Assembly (NCBI GenBank): GCA_963719085.1 | Contig: CAVRAL010000004.1 | Span: 224,001 to 288,000 of the forward strand | Length of the DNA stretch: 64,000 bases | Direction: 5' to 3' | From: a candidate division FCPU426 bacterium | Lineage (GTDB): Bacteria; Oederibacteriota; Muellerivitia; Muellerivitales; Muellerivitaceae | Shown: piece by piece, positions 1 through 10,167 of the stretch | Numbering within the stretch: position 1 is the stretch's first letter | How the letters are laid out: every line of letters begins with the position of its first letter | Notes under the pieces: model-generated | Told to the model about the DNA's origin: nothing | What the model saw: the letters and a program-made list of their open reading frames with translations, nothing else | The model's database searches: none | Made by a program: the position numbers and the translations under genes

Positions 1-774
1 GATCATCAAGTCCGCCGTGCCCGGCTTCATGCCGCTTTGAAGCATGCCCTTCTTGATGTCATCCAAGGGTGTTTGGACATATTTCAAGTCCGGCTTGCCG
101 ATGGCCGCGCCCAAAGCCTTCGTCACCTCAACCATGCTGTATTCCCTGGGACCGGTGAAGTCAAAAACCTGGTGGCCCTGGAATGAAAGCGAGTCCAAAA
201 ACTCGACAATCTTCCCCGCGATGTCCTTCGTGGCGACCGTAGGCATGGGATAGTCCCCCGGGAAAGCGCCGCCGTTGATTCCATAAGCCTTGATGACTGG
301 AATGCCGAAGAAATTATTTTCCATGAAGGAGGTGGGCCGAAGGTTGACCAAGTTGAGGCTGGTCAGCTTCGCCAAACGCTGTTCCTGCCGGTAGAGGCCC
401 GTAATGGGGCCCGTGCCCGAAGGCTGTTCGGCGCCGACCGAACTAAGGTTCACCGCGTATTTCACGCCCGAATCCGTCAAGGCTTTGAGGGCCGCTTCCC
501 CGGCCCGATCCTGGGCCGCCGAAAGCGACTCATCCTCATAAGAGGGCGGGGTCATCGTGAAAACGCCGTCCACGCCCTTGAAAGCGCCGGTCAAGGCCGC
601 CGCGTCATCGAAAGCCGTTTTGACGATCTCCGCGCCTTTGGCTTTCAGCGCCGCCAGCTTTTTTTCGTTCCGTCCCAGGGCCTTCACCGCGTGGCCCTTC
701 TCCAATAATTGTTCCACCACCACTTTGCCGATATGGCCGGTAGCTCCCATCACCGCGTAAGTCTTCTTGGACAT
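1..774 (-). CDS. NmrA/NAD(P)H-binding SDR-like protein (3' end runs off the window)
   Basis: Translated by hand (absent from the ORF track): MSKKTYAVMGATGHIGKVVVEQLL..., Rossmann GATGxxG, LRPTSFMEN; AGGAGG RBS upstream. Confidence 0.85.
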   Translation of the reverse strand, partial: MSKKTYAVMGATGHIGKVVVEQLLEKGHAVKALGRNEKKLAALKAKGAEIVKTAFDDAAALTGAFKGVDGVFTMTPPSYEDESLSAAQDRAGEAALKALTDSGVKYAVNLSSVGAEQPSGTGPITGLYRQEQRLAKLTSLNLVNLRPTSFMENNFFGIPVIKAYGINGGAFPGDYPMPTVATKDIAGKIVEFLDSLSFQGHQVFDFTGPREYSMVEVTKALGAAIGKPDLKYVQTPLDDIKKGMLQSGMKPGTADLMI

Positions 775-900
775 AACCGCCTCCTGTTTTTAAGTCGGGA
801 CTAATTTGTCGCATTCGGTTTTAGATAGCAAGCCGGGAAGGCGAATGGGGGGTTAATTTGAGGTAACCCAAAAGAAACCAGCCCTTTTTATCAGGGCTTA

Positions 901-1593
901 TCAAGGATTGGACAAAGACTCCGTGTCCTCGTCCACCGCGGTCACCAGACAAGCCGAACTGGCGCCGCCGCTGAAAGCGCCCAAAACAGTTCGTTCGCAG
1001 GAAACCTCAATCTGATAGGAACCCAAAGTCGAAATATCATCCGCCGGAGGGGTCCAGGGCGACGTCAGGTTGGCGAGAAACCGGTAAACCAATTCGGAAT
1101 TTTGTTTCGTGATGACGGCCACATTTAAATTGCCCGGATAATCCCAGGTTATCGGCAAATCGGAAACATGGCCGGGGATCCGAATGCCTCCGGGCGCCGT
1201 CACCGACGCGGAATACTGACCGCCCCCCCAGGCCACTTCAAAAACATAAACTTGGCCGGGATAATAGCTCCAACGGCTGCTATTTTTATCCTCATAAATT
1301 CCACGGCCATCACCCGCCAAAGGGATTCCGGGGACGCCGGGAACCGTCAGGGTGACGGCGGCGTCCGGAACCTCGGTGCCTTGATTAATAACCGTGACCG
1401 ACGCCGAAAGACTATCGAGGACCCCTTTGACGCTCTGGCGGTCAAGCACGGCGGTAATCGCCAGTCCGTTTGATCCCGAACGATCGCTGGAACCGGACGA
1501 GCCTCCCGAACAGCCGGATAAAGCCGGCCCCATCAGCAAAATCCAAATAAAAAATAATGGAAGGGGTTTCAATAAGCACCTCGTTGGAAACAA
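901..1593 (-). CDS. hypothetical lipoprotein
   Basis: Hydrophobic N-terminus with lipobox LSGC, then a Ser/Gly linker and a beta-rich body; start uncertain. Confidence 0.6.
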   Translation of the reverse strand: MFPTRCLLKPLPLFFIWILLMGPALSGCSGGSSGSSDRSGSNGLAITAVLDRQSVKGVLDSLSASVTVINQGTEVPDAAVTLTVPGVPGIPLAGDGRGIYEDKNSSRWSYYPGQVYVFEVAWGGGQYSASVTAPGGIRIPGHVSDLPITWDYPGNLNVAVITKQNSELVYRFLANLTSPWTPPADDISTLGSYQIEVSCERTVLGAFSGGASSACLVTAVDEDTESLSNP

Positions 1594-1647
1594 CGGTTAA
1601 AAGCTGTTTAGGCAGCCCTAAAATAAACCGACCCGGTTCAATTGAAA

Positions 1648-2610
1648 TTATCCCCAGGGTAGCGGAAAAAGGCATAAGGCCAAAGTCGCGAAAGCCGCGG
1701 CCGCGCCTAAAAACCCCTCAACTCCGTACCACCAATTGTAAGATGGGTTTTGAAATTGAACGGGCTTCAACCAAAGGCCCAGAAAAAAGCCGGTCAAAAA
1801 TCCGCCCACATGGGCGATGTTGTTGGCCCCGATAAAAAAACCAAACATCACCGTATAAACCGCCCACTTGACCATTTGATCTCGGACCGCCCGGCCCAAA
1901 CCCGAGCCGTCTTTATGTCCCCAGCCGCCGGCCAAACCGATCAGTCCCATCAGGGCGCCGGAAGCGCCGATGGAAACCACGTTGCCGCCGAAGCATTGGT
2001 ATCCCACATTGGCCAAGACGCCGGTCACCATGAAATAAAAAAGCATGCGCCGTTTCCCGAAAATTTGCTCCACCCAAGGCCCGATCTGAAGCAGGGCCAT
2101 GACGTTGAAGGCGATATGAAAAAGGCCCGCGTGTAGGAAAACCGCGGTGAACAGCCGCCACCACTCACCCTGGGCCACGAAGGGCGGATAATGCGCCCCG
2201 AACCGGACCAGCCCCTCCGCGGTAAAAGAAAGAAGCGTGCCGGTGCCGGGAGTGAGGAGCATGCGGATATAGATAAGAAGAAGGGCGAAGGCGATCAGCG
2301 AACTGGCGGATTCAAAATGAGGGAACCGCAAACCCAACCGCCGCACGATTTCAATCCAACGGGGCGAGAGCGAGCGGCCGCAGGCCACACAGCTGGAGCG
2401 GCCTTGATCTTGGAGCGTGCCGCAATAGGGACAAATTTTATGGGCGTAACGCACGTGTTCCACCGTGGTTTGGGCCTGGTTCTTTTGGCGGCGGGCCGAT
2501 TCCCGCCAAGCCATCAATTTCCAGCGGGTGCGGACCGGGTTCATTCCGATCCAGCCCGAAAGTTTGGCTAATATTTCAATCCAGTCCAAAGGCGTTCGCG
2601 GGTCGGTCAT
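1648..2610 (-). CDS. rhomboid family intramembrane serine protease with N-terminal Zn-ribbon
   Basis: WWRL, HxxxxHxxFN, GASG, AHVGG motifs; CPYC...CVAC near the N-terminus. Confidence 0.9.
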   Translation of the reverse strand: MTDPRTPLDWIEILAKLSGWIGMNPVRTRWKLMAWRESARRQKNQAQTTVEHVRYAHKICPYCGTLQDQGRSSCVACGRSLSPRWIEIVRRLGLRFPHFESASSLIAFALLLIYIRMLLTPGTGTLLSFTAEGLVRFGAHYPPFVAQGEWWRLFTAVFLHAGLFHIAFNVMALLQIGPWVEQIFGKRRMLFYFMVTGVLANVGYQCFGGNVVSIGASGALMGLIGLAGGWGHKDGSGLGRAVRDQMVKWAVYTVMFGFFIGANNIAHVGGFLTGFFLGLWLKPVQFQNPSYNWWYGVEGFLGAAAAFATLALCLFPLPWG

Positions 2611-2704
2611 GGCACCAAGCTAAACGAAAATGGCGGCGTTTTCCACGTTTCCTTGCTTTTAACCCAACCGGGTTTGAAAAAGAAAGAACTTCTTTTTCCG
2701 TCTT

Positions 2705-3172
2705 TCAGCGGGCCTTGCGCCCGATGATTTTCCGGCCTACCAAAATATGCAAAATCAAAAGAAAAGGCAAAGCCAGCCCGATGATCCAATGGGCCAGGCT
2801 GGTGATTTTTCTTAAATTCTCATCGCCGAAATAATAAAGACCCCAGCCGGTCAGAACCAGAAAAAACGCGACGGATAAGAGGCTCAGACCCAGGACCCGG
2901 TTGCGTTTGAGCAATAGTCCCCGGCGCACATGGACCAGAAGCGAACCGAGGAACCACAAAAAGACGAAAGCCAGGGCCCCATGGATTTCCATCAGAATCG
3001 GCGACCACTTTTCACAGGCGTCGCTCGAGGCCGGAGAATCGGAAAAACCCCGGATCATCAGCCACAACAATCCGGAGAACCAAATGAGGAAAACCACGGC
3101 GTAAAAGGCGCGCCGGTGCGGCGTTTCCAAGCGGACCTTCTCGCGGAATTCCAAATGGGACGACCCGCTCAT
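2705..3172 (-). CDS. 4-TM membrane protein with His residues in its helices (possible b-heme-binding partner of ApbE)
   Basis: Likely start MSGSSHL at 3172 overlaps the apbE stop; IHG, VHVRRG, LAHW and LHI within or beside TM helices. Confidence 0.65.
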   Translation of the reverse strand: MSGSSHLEFREKVRLETPHRRAFYAVVFLIWFSGLLWLMIRGFSDSPASSDACEKWSPILMEIHGALAFVFLWFLGSLLVHVRRGLLLKRNRVLGLSLLSVAFFLVLTGWGLYYFGDENLRKITSLAHWIIGLALPFLLILHILVGRKIIGRKAR

Positions 3173-4107
3173 AGGCCCGGCTTGGTCAAACGGGAAAGCG
3201 GCGCGGATAAATTCCCCCCGTTCCAATCCCGGAACCCTTGATCGTCCACCGCCATATAGGCCGCGGCGTTGAAATGGTCCAATGTCTTTTGGGCGACTAT
3301 CGCCGGCCCCAACAGCACCACCTTGGTCAAGGCGTCCGCCAACGCGCATTGGCCGGCCGCCACCGTGACCCCCGGAAAAACTTTCCGCAAGCGGCCGCTT
3401 CCCGGTTTCACGATCGGCGTCGCGGGGCCTTCCTGGGATTCCCGCTGGGCTTCCCGGCCGCCCGAGGAGGCGAAGGCGCCTTCTTTGGATAAGCCCTTGG
3501 GCCAGAAACGGTCCGGTTGAAAAGGATCCCGAAGCCAAATTTCCTGGGGCTTGCGAGTCTTGATCCGAAGATCGCCCCCGGCGTTGATGACCACATCGCT
3601 CACGCCGTCTATTTCAAGCGCCGCTTCCATCGCGCGGTCCACGGCGTAGCCCTTGGCGATTCCGCCCAGGTCCACCCGGCAAGGACGCCTTAGGACCAAT
3701 CGTGAGTCGGGCAAAAGCTCAATATCGGTGTACCGGGCCCGGGTGAAATAACCATCGCCCGAATGAAATCCCGCCGGGGACAAAAATCCTTTTTGGGATA
3801 ATTTTCCGCCGACGGTCACGTCAAAAACGCCGCCCGAAAGCCAGGAAATTTTCTCGCCCAAGCTCAGCACGTCATAAATCCAAGGATCAACCGCCAGGGG
3901 CTGAAAAGCTTCTTGGCGGGCGATGCGCCCCACGTCGCTCGTTGGCTCATGCGCGCTCATCAAACGCTGGACCTTGGCGACGGCCTGAAAAGCCGCGTCA
4001 ATGGCTTGGTTGGAAATCTCCGGCGCCGGGCTTTTCACGGCCACGATCACCCAAGTTCCCAGTAAGGGCTTCGCCCTTTTAAGATAGGCGGTTTTTGATG
4101 GTTTCAT
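3169..4107 (-). CDS. apbE: FAD:protein FMN transferase
   Basis: LGTW, FDVTVG, DLGGIAKGYAVD, INAGGDL, ADALTK motifs. Confidence 0.92.
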   Translation of the reverse strand: MKPSKTAYLKRAKPLLGTWVIVAVKSPAPEISNQAIDAAFQAVAKVQRLMSAHEPTSDVGRIARQEAFQPLAVDPWIYDVLSLGEKISWLSGGVFDVTVGGKLSQKGFLSPAGFHSGDGYFTRARYTDIELLPDSRLVLRRPCRVDLGGIAKGYAVDRAMEAALEIDGVSDVVINAGGDLRIKTRKPQEIWLRDPFQPDRFWPKGLSKEGAFASSGGREAQRESQEGPATPIVKPGSGRLRKVFPGVTVAAGQCALADALTKVVLLGPAIVAQKTLDHFNAAAYMAVDDQGFRDWNGGNLSAPLSRLTKPGL

Positions 4108-4609
4108 AAGTCTCGATCAACCTTTTCACCCCGCGGGTCACGTGGGTGGAGGAGAGGGTCGCCCCGCTGTAATTTTTGATGTCCTTGCCGACCGTCAATG
4201 GATCGCCCGCGCCCTTGCCCGTAAATTGCGCCCGCCAGGACTTTTCCATCACTTGTTTGCCGAAAGTTTCTTTGTATTCCAAAATTTCAACATCTTTGAC
4301 CTTGCCATCCGCCGTCAAACCAAGGGCATAGGTGATGAAATCGTGTTTGCCCACGACTTGATCCACGAACATCCATCCGCCACCGGACAGGCTCCACAGC
4401 CGGAGGTTTTTATCATCCACGGGTTCGCCCGAACCTTTTTGAATCTGGTCCACTTCCCCCTGGGTCAAGGTGACCGGCAAGGCCGCCGCCTTTTCTCCCG
4501 GGAACATCAGCGCCAAAGTCTGGTCGGCCGTCAAATAGACTTCCGCGTGGGCCACTTGGACCGCCGCCGGCGCGCTGAGCGCGGTCAACCAAAGGTATGA
4601 TTTTTTCAT
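4079..4609 (-). CDS. exported FMN-binding domain protein
   Basis: Signal peptide, flavinylation motif SGAT(LSS), adjacent to apbE. Confidence 0.88.
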   Translation of the reverse strand: MKKSYLWLTALSAPAAVQVAHAEVYLTADQTLALMFPGEKAAALPVTLTQGEVDQIQKGSGEPVDDKNLRLWSLSGGGWMFVDQVVGKHDFITYALGLTADGKVKDVEILEYKETFGKQVMEKSWRAQFTGKGAGDPLTVGKDIKNYSGATLSSTHVTRGVKRLIETYETIKNRLS

Positions 4610-4676
4610 TCGAACAACTCCCAAACAAATTAGGCCGCCGGCGCGGTTTTAAGCCGTGCCGGCAAACCATCCAACC

Positions 4677-5636
4677 TTACATCGGAATCCCAAGCTTCAA
4701 TGTGGTGATTAAATCCTCATGCGAGCGTAAAAATTCCCCGTTGCCGATGAACACGCCGCTCTCATCGATTCCATTCGGAACCCCATAAACTTGTTTCAAC
4801 ACGCCCAAGGTCAGCCAAAAGCCTTCCCCGCCATAATGCACATCCGGCCCCACCCAAAAAACAGAATGTTCCAGATGCCAAAAATCGCCGTATTCATTGT
4901 GGTTATGCATTTCCAACCCGGCGAAAAAATCCGGCGCGAAACGATAGCTGATTCCAAAGTCATTATTGAAGTCCAACTCACCCTGCCAGCCTTGCACATC
5001 CGTATCGGGACCCGCTTGATTCCGAGCGATATCCCCGAAGCGAAGGAACTCAAATTCAGCCGTGGCGTTATAAGCCAAGACCAACTTGTCCTCGAGGAAA
5101 TTCTTTTGAATGAGGACTTTATACTCCGTCTCCGACGAAGGGGCGTAAGGAAGCCCGTTGTGCATGTCCGTGAAGTCAATTTCCGGCTCCATATAAAGGG
5201 CCACACCGACGCCGTCCTGGTAAGGGCTGAAAAGACGATAGACCAGCTCAAACGAAAGGCTTTGCAGAAAGGTGGCGTGATTGGTGAAGGTCGGGGTTCC
5301 CGGAACCACGTCCCCGTCGCCGCCCAGGGCGTCGTCATCCAAGGTGTTCACCGCGTCCAGATGCTCGGTATTGATGTAAAAAGCTCCCTGGAAGTTATCC
5401 GTGATGCCGTATTCCAGCTCGGTGCTGAAATCCCAAGCCGAATAACTGCCTGAAGCCCGTCCGTTTCGGTTGCGGATGAGCTGCTCAAACTCAAAATGGC
5501 CCGCCGGGGTGGTGTCCGTGGTGTAGGTATAACTGAACAAACCTTCCCCCGCCGCCGCCGGCAAAACCGATCCCGCTAAAAACAAAACCGCGTACAAAAC
5601 TTTTGAAAACCGTTTCATCCTCATTCCTCGTTTCAT
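4677..5636 (-). CDS. putative outer-membrane beta-barrel protein (DUF6662-like)
   Basis: Signal peptide; FSYTYTTDT, ELEYGITD, GVALYMEPE; paralogous to 6211-6987; start may be 5618. Confidence 0.65.
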   Translation of the reverse strand: MKRGMRMKRFSKVLYAVLFLAGSVLPAAAGEGLFSYTYTTDTTPAGHFEFEQLIRNRNGRASGSYSAWDFSTELEYGITDNFQGAFYINTEHLDAVNTLDDDALGGDGDVVPGTPTFTNHATFLQSLSFELVYRLFSPYQDGVGVALYMEPEIDFTDMHNGLPYAPSSETEYKVLIQKNFLEDKLVLAYNATAEFEFLRFGDIARNQAGPDTDVQGWQGELDFNNDFGISYRFAPDFFAGLEMHNHNEYGDFWHLEHSVFWVGPDVHYGGEGFWLTLGVLKQVYGVPNGIDESGVFIGNGEFLRSHEDLITTLKLGIPM

Positions 5637-5823
5637 CTGAAATTAAAATCGAGGGTTTTAAACGGCCTGAGGACGAAAAGTCCCTGAAGCCTCCCGTCCT
5701 TGGCCCGGGCATGGAAACCATGAACCCGATTCAAAACCGCCCGCTCGCGTCAATGCTTTTAAATTAAATGGGCTGGCTTCCCTAGGGGTGGCTGGCTTTT
5801 ATCCGCATCCATCAAACAAAAAC

Positions 5824-6192
5824 TTAATCGGCCGCGCCGTCCTTTTTAAGGGTCGAGGCCAGCAGATAGTGAAGAATGGAGTCTTTTGTCATGTCATCGA
5901 TCTTGGCTTTTTTTTGCATCTTCACCATGACCTTTTGCCATTCGTCCGGCGAAAGCTCCGAAGCGTCATGCAGATCATGGCAGGCCGCGCAATTTTGGAC
6001 ATAGGCGGTCCGGCCTTGCTGTAAATCAGCCAGGGTCGTCCCGGGCCATTGGCTATCCGCCCGGGAAACCGTCGTTGAGTCCGGAATCGGAACCCCGCCT
6101 CCGGTCGTGGCGCAGCCCAGGGGCAGGGCCCCCAGGGTTAACAGCGCCCCCAGACGCCAAGCCTGGTTGAGTTTTGTCCGGAGATTTTTCAT
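5824..6192 (-). CDS. c-type cytochrome lipoprotein
   Basis: Lipobox PLGC, single CAACH heme-attachment motif, WxxxMxxM. Confidence 0.85.
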   Translation of the reverse strand: MKNLRTKLNQAWRLGALLTLGALPLGCATTGGGVPIPDSTTVSRADSQWPGTTLADLQQGRTAYVQNCAACHDLHDASELSPDEWQKVMVKMQKKAKIDDMTKDSILHYLLASTLKKDGAAD

Positions 6193-6210
6193 CGGGGTTC
6201 CTTTCGTCGT

Positions 6211-6987
6211 CTAGAGGCTGAAGGACGTGGCCACGCGGATCTGATCCTTTTGGCTGTCCGTCAGGTCCAGGCTTGAGCTTCCGAAGCTGGCCAACTGCGG
6301 CAGGAAGGTCAAAGCGACCCACCAGTTGCTGCCCGAGTATTCAACCACAGGCCCCAAGGAGAAGACCGACCGCATGGGGTCCTTGTCGTAAAAGTTCTCA
6401 TCCATGGACTCAATCCCGACGAAGAACTTGTCCGAAAGGAAGTATCCCAATCCAACGGAAGGGCGCAGCAAGAAGGAGCTGTCCGTATCGGCGTAATCAA
6501 AGGCCGGTTCGCCCAAAAGATTGAAGGTGGCTAAAAAGTTGCCCATTTTTTTATCGATGATCACCTTCATCTCAAGCTCGAAATCATCCGGCTCGAATTC
6601 CGGCTCCACATAAAGACCCAGCCCCACGCCGTCCGCCACCGCGTCGGTGAGCTTGAATTTCCACTCATTGGAAATCCCATCCAGCGAGGGTCCGTGATTG
6701 ATCACTCCGTCGCTGGGATCTTGGCCCAACTCCTGGGTGAAGTTTAAATAAAGCGAAGTCTGCACGCCGCCGCCCAATCCCGTCTCAAACTCCAGGTTAT
6801 AGTCCAGGGCCGAATAAAAGCTCGCCTGGCCGAATCGATAGGTGGAATAGGTCTCGATTTCCCGCTCCCCCTCGCCCAACACGCCCGACTCATAGTTATA
6901 AATAAAATGACGGTCGCCGGCCTGGGCCAAGGCGGGCATCCCCAACAACAAGGCTCCCAGCAAAAAACGCTTGAATCGGCTCTTCAT
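6211..6987 (-). CDS. putative outer-membrane beta-barrel protein (DUF6662-like)
   Basis: Signal peptide AQA; FIYNYES, GLGLYVEPE; C-terminal FSL. Confidence 0.65.
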   Translation of the reverse strand: MKSRFKRFLLGALLLGMPALAQAGDRHFIYNYESGVLGEGEREIETYSTYRFGQASFYSALDYNLEFETGLGGGVQTSLYLNFTQELGQDPSDGVINHGPSLDGISNEWKFKLTDAVADGVGLGLYVEPEFEPDDFELEMKVIIDKKMGNFLATFNLLGEPAFDYADTDSSFLLRPSVGLGYFLSDKFFVGIESMDENFYDKDPMRSVFSLGPVVEYSGSNWWVALTFLPQLASFGSSSLDLTDSQKDQIRVATSFSL

Positions 6988-7070
6988 TGAAAATCTCCTT
7001 TAAAGTTTGGTCGCGTCCCAACAACGATCAACGGTTCCTGGCTGGCGACCCAAAGGGGCTGGCTGGAGTC

Positions 7071-7250
7071 CTACTTGGTCAATATCAATTTTCCGCTCTT
7101 GGTGATCCGCAGCCGGTAGTTTTCCGGGCCATGGGCGATCCAAATCTCGGTTTCGCCCGCGGGAAACAAATCCTCACTTTTCAGGGTCCGCGGATGCCGA
7201 GATGACTCTTTTTTCAAAGGCATCCCTTCGGGGGCTTCATCGGCTTTCAC
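7071..7250 (-). CDS. hemP: hemin uptake protein HemP/HmuP family
   Basis: Translated by hand: ...SEDLFPAGETEIWIAHGPENYRLRITKSGKLILTK*, with the typical YRLRITxxGKLILTK end; start is GTG 7250 or ATG 7223. Confidence 0.9.
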   Translation of the reverse strand: MKADEAPEGMPLKKESSRHPRTLKSEDLFPAGETEIWIAHGPENYRLRITKSGKLILTK

Positions 7251-7281
7251 GCGTTTCCTTCCACAAGACCGGAGGCTTTCT

Positions 7282-7306
7282 GATATTGAAAATCATTATC
7301 ATTATC
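7282..7306. promoter_or_regulatory. overlapping Fur boxes
   Basis: GATATTGAAAATCATTATC (7282-7300, 17/19 to GATAATGATAATCATTATC) and GAAAATCATTATCATTATC (7288-7306, 16/19), directly upstream of hemP. Confidence 0.85.
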
Positions 7307-7344
7307 AATTGGAACTTGTCAACCGCTTTTATCCGCCCCGAAAC

Positions 7345-7375
7345 AAAAAAAGCCGCCCCCTTTGGGGACGGCTTT
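7345..7375 (-). terminator. intrinsic terminator after the LysM gene
   Basis: AAAAAAAGCCGCCCCC-TTT-GGGGACGGCTTT hairpin; U-run on the minus strand. Confidence 0.7.
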
Positions 7376-7416
7376 GAAACCTTCTTAAAGGGTCAAATCA
7401 CTGCGCCCCATCCGCC

Positions 7417-7821
7417 TTAAAAGTAATCCAAGGGCAAAGTCGCCCGGGGTTGGCTATGGGATTTAAACTTCGGGGTCTTACTGCTCAAATCACGGGCATG
7501 GGATTTTTCCGAATCCGAAACGCCCTTGTCCACCTTCAAAACTTGCTCCGTCGAGATCAAATCCGGGTCCTGGATCGTATCCCGGTTGGCCTTAAAAAGC
7601 AGGGGCCACTCGTAAGGATCGCCGTAAATTTTCGACATCCCGGAAATCGACCAAAGCGTATCCCCCTTACGGACCGTGTAGCTGTCCGAAGGCACCGGGG
7701 TCGGAGCCGCGGCGGCCGGGGCGTCGGTTCCCTCGATGCGTTTATTGCTCGAGCATCCGACATTGAGACCCACACCGGCGAACAAAGCCAAAAGAATGGC
7801 CGACTTTAAAAAATTTTTCAT
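7417..7821 (-). CDS. LysM peptidoglycan-binding lipoprotein
   Basis: Lipobox NVGC; YTVRKGDTLWSIS...IYGDPYEWPLLFKANR...PDLI. Confidence 0.9.
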   Translation of the reverse strand: MKNFLKSAILLALFAGVGLNVGCSSNKRIEGTDAPAAAAPTPVPSDSYTVRKGDTLWSISGMSKIYGDPYEWPLLFKANRDTIQDPDLISTEQVLKVDKGVSDSEKSHARDLSSKTPKFKSHSQPRATLPLDYF

Positions 7822-7888
7822 TTGTTTTTCCTTTCTAAAATTAAATTTTAAACCTCAAGTGACGCCTTTACCGCGGAGGGAAAAACGC

Positions 7889-8221
7889 TCAGATTCTAAG
7901 AACAGGAGGACGCGATAACCCCGGAGTCTCATTCACCGGTTGATTAAAAGAAGTTCTCAGGCTCGGGCCAAAGGCCGTTTTGGAGATTTCAACCCTCAAA
8001 AGAGCGTCCACGGTCGAATCGGTTTCCATTTTATCCATCCGGGAAGAAGCAGCGGAGGGGCGGACGGGAACCCCCAAGGTCGATGAGGCGGTTTTCGGAT
8101 TGACCAGCGTGGGATGAACCAAGGATTCCATACCGGCAAAACCCATGACCGGTTTCAGGACTAGGGCGAAGGCGATCAGGAGCAAGAACAAAAGGCTGGT
8201 TTTTCCGGAAGATCTCTTCAT
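7889..8221 (-). CDS. hypothetical exported protein
   Basis: Hydrophobic N-terminal segment, C-terminal RPP. Confidence 0.45.
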   Translation of the reverse strand: MKRSSGKTSLLFLLLIAFALVLKPVMGFAGMESLVHPTLVNPKTASSTLGVPVRPSAASSRMDKMETDSTVDALLRVEISKTAFGPSLRTSFNQPVNETPGLSRPPVLRI

Positions 8222-8266
8222 GAGTCTATTCTAATCCGAAAGGCCCCGGGATCAAGCCTTCTAAAC

Positions 8267-8440
8267 TCAAGAATCCCCGTGAGGGTCCATTTGGACCGTC
8301 ACCGGAATCGAGTAAACATGGGCTTTAGGCTCCTGCGCCCTTCCCTGACCCTGCCGGGTTTTGGCCCACTGGGGCCAATAGCCCACGATAAAAAGGAAAA
8401 GATAGATTAAAACCAGCCAGATCAGTTGGTCGCGGCGCAT
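8267..8440 (-). CDS. small hypothetical membrane protein (57 aa)
   Basis: Translated by hand: MRRDQLIWLVLIYLFLFIVGYWPQWAK...; AAGGA upstream. Confidence 0.4.
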   Translation of the reverse strand: MRRDQLIWLVLIYLFLFIVGYWPQWAKTRQGQGRAQEPKAHVYSIPVTVQMDPHGDS

Positions 8441-8841
8441 GGGTTTTCCTTGAAATCATTCGTGAGGGTTTGGACGTTCGAGGAGGGGAAAAGTTTCGGG
8501 GCTTTTCAGGGGCGCCCCTTATCTCACTTCAATGGAAAAGAGTGGTTTCAAAAATAGGCGGATCCATTTCAACCGCGAGACGGCCCCGGGCTTCCACTTC
8601 CCGGGCGATCTCCATCGCCACCGGGTCCAGCAAATCTTCCTGGGAATCCTTGTTCGGCTCCATGGGTGTCTCCAAAGTGGCGTGGATCGGCATTAGCTTC
8701 TATCTATAAGTGTTGAATCGGGGAACTTTATTCCAATAAATCCCAGGAAATAACCCCGCTTGCCCAGGCTTCCCTTCCTTTTTACGGCTCGGTTTCGGAT
8801 AATTCATGCCGATCAAAATCGAAGGTCAAGGAACCAAACAA

Positions 8842-10150
8842 ATGAGCCAAAGACGCGTCGTCGTCACCGGGCTGGGAACCGTCAATCCTTTGGGCCAGGG
8901 TGTGGAACAAACTTGGAAAGCCGCCCTCGCCGGAAAAAGCGGAACCGGAATCATCAGCTTATTTGACGTGAAAGACTGCCCCGTCAAGATCGCCGCTGAG
9001 GTCAAGGACTTTGAGCCGACCCAAACCCTGGCGGCCCCCATTACGGGGATCGCCGGCCGGGACCCCCTCACCCAAGCGGTTCACCCCAAAGACGTGAAAC
9101 GGTTCGGCCGCTTCACCCACCTGGGCGTTCTCGCCGGGCTTCAAGCTTATTTGGACTCGGGATTAGACCAAACCCGGGGGGCCTTCAACGACGAGCTTTT
9201 AGGCGTCAACATCGGCGTGGGCCAGGGCGGCCTGCCCGAAATCCAAGCCGTCCATGACGACTATCTGGCCAAGGGTTTCCGCCGAATCACCCCCTTTTTC
9301 ATCCTTCAATCCATCACCAACATCGTGTCGGGGCAGACTGAGCGTTCTTTTAAGCTTGAAGGGCCCCAACCATTGCAACGTGACGGCCTGCGCTACCAGC
9401 GCCCATTCCATCGGGGAATCCATGCGGGTCATCCAGCGGGGGGAAGCCGATGTCATGTTGGCGGGCGGGGCCGAAGCGGTCATTTGTGAGTTAGGGATCG
9501 GCGGATTTGCCGCCATGAAGGCCTTGTCCGACCGGAACGATTCCCCCGAAAAGGCGTCCCGGCCCTTTGATAAGGACCGCAACGGATTCATCATGGGCGA
9601 AGGCGCCACGGTTTTGGTTTTGGAAGAATACGAAAGGGCCAAATCCCGGGGCGCCAAAATTTACGGGGAATTACTCGGCTACGGGGCCAGCGCCGACGGT
9701 TATCACTTGACCCATCCGCCCGAAGGCGCCGAAGGCGCGGGTCGGGCCATGGTGTCCGCCCTAAAAGAAGCCAAGCTGAATCCCGATCAAATCGATTACG
9801 TGAACGCCCACGCCACCTCGACCCCCGCCGGGGATGTGGAGGAGGCCAAGGCCATCAGCCGCATTTTGAATCCCCACCGCGCCAAGCCGGTTTTTGTTTC
9901 CTCGACCAAATCCATGACGGGCCATATGTTGGGCGCCGCCGGGGCCACCGAGGCCCTGCTTTCGCTCTTGGCCTTGAGGGACAACAAAGTTCCCCCCACG
10001 ATTAACCTGGAAAACCTGGACCCGGCCTGCGTCCACCCCAATTTGAATATCGTGGCCAACGCCACCGTGGAAGCGCCGCTGAAATACGCGCTTTCCAACA
10101 GCTTTGGTTTTGGCGGAACGAATGGCTGCTTGGTTTTCGGAAAAATTTAA
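8842..10150 (+). pseudogene. fabF: beta-ketoacyl-ACP synthase II split by a +1 frameshift at ~9337 (pseudogene or sequence error)
   Basis: RRVVVTGLG in one frame; TACATS, NAHATST, KSMTGH, SNSFGFGG in the next; removing one A from GGGCAG-A-CTGAGC restores SGQLSVLLSLKGPN. Confidence 0.88.
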
Positions 10151-10167
10151 AAAGGCAAAAGAGCAAA

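Noticed and set aside
9325..9345. Programmed ribosomal frameshift in fabF
   Set aside because: No slippery sequence or stimulatory structure at the site
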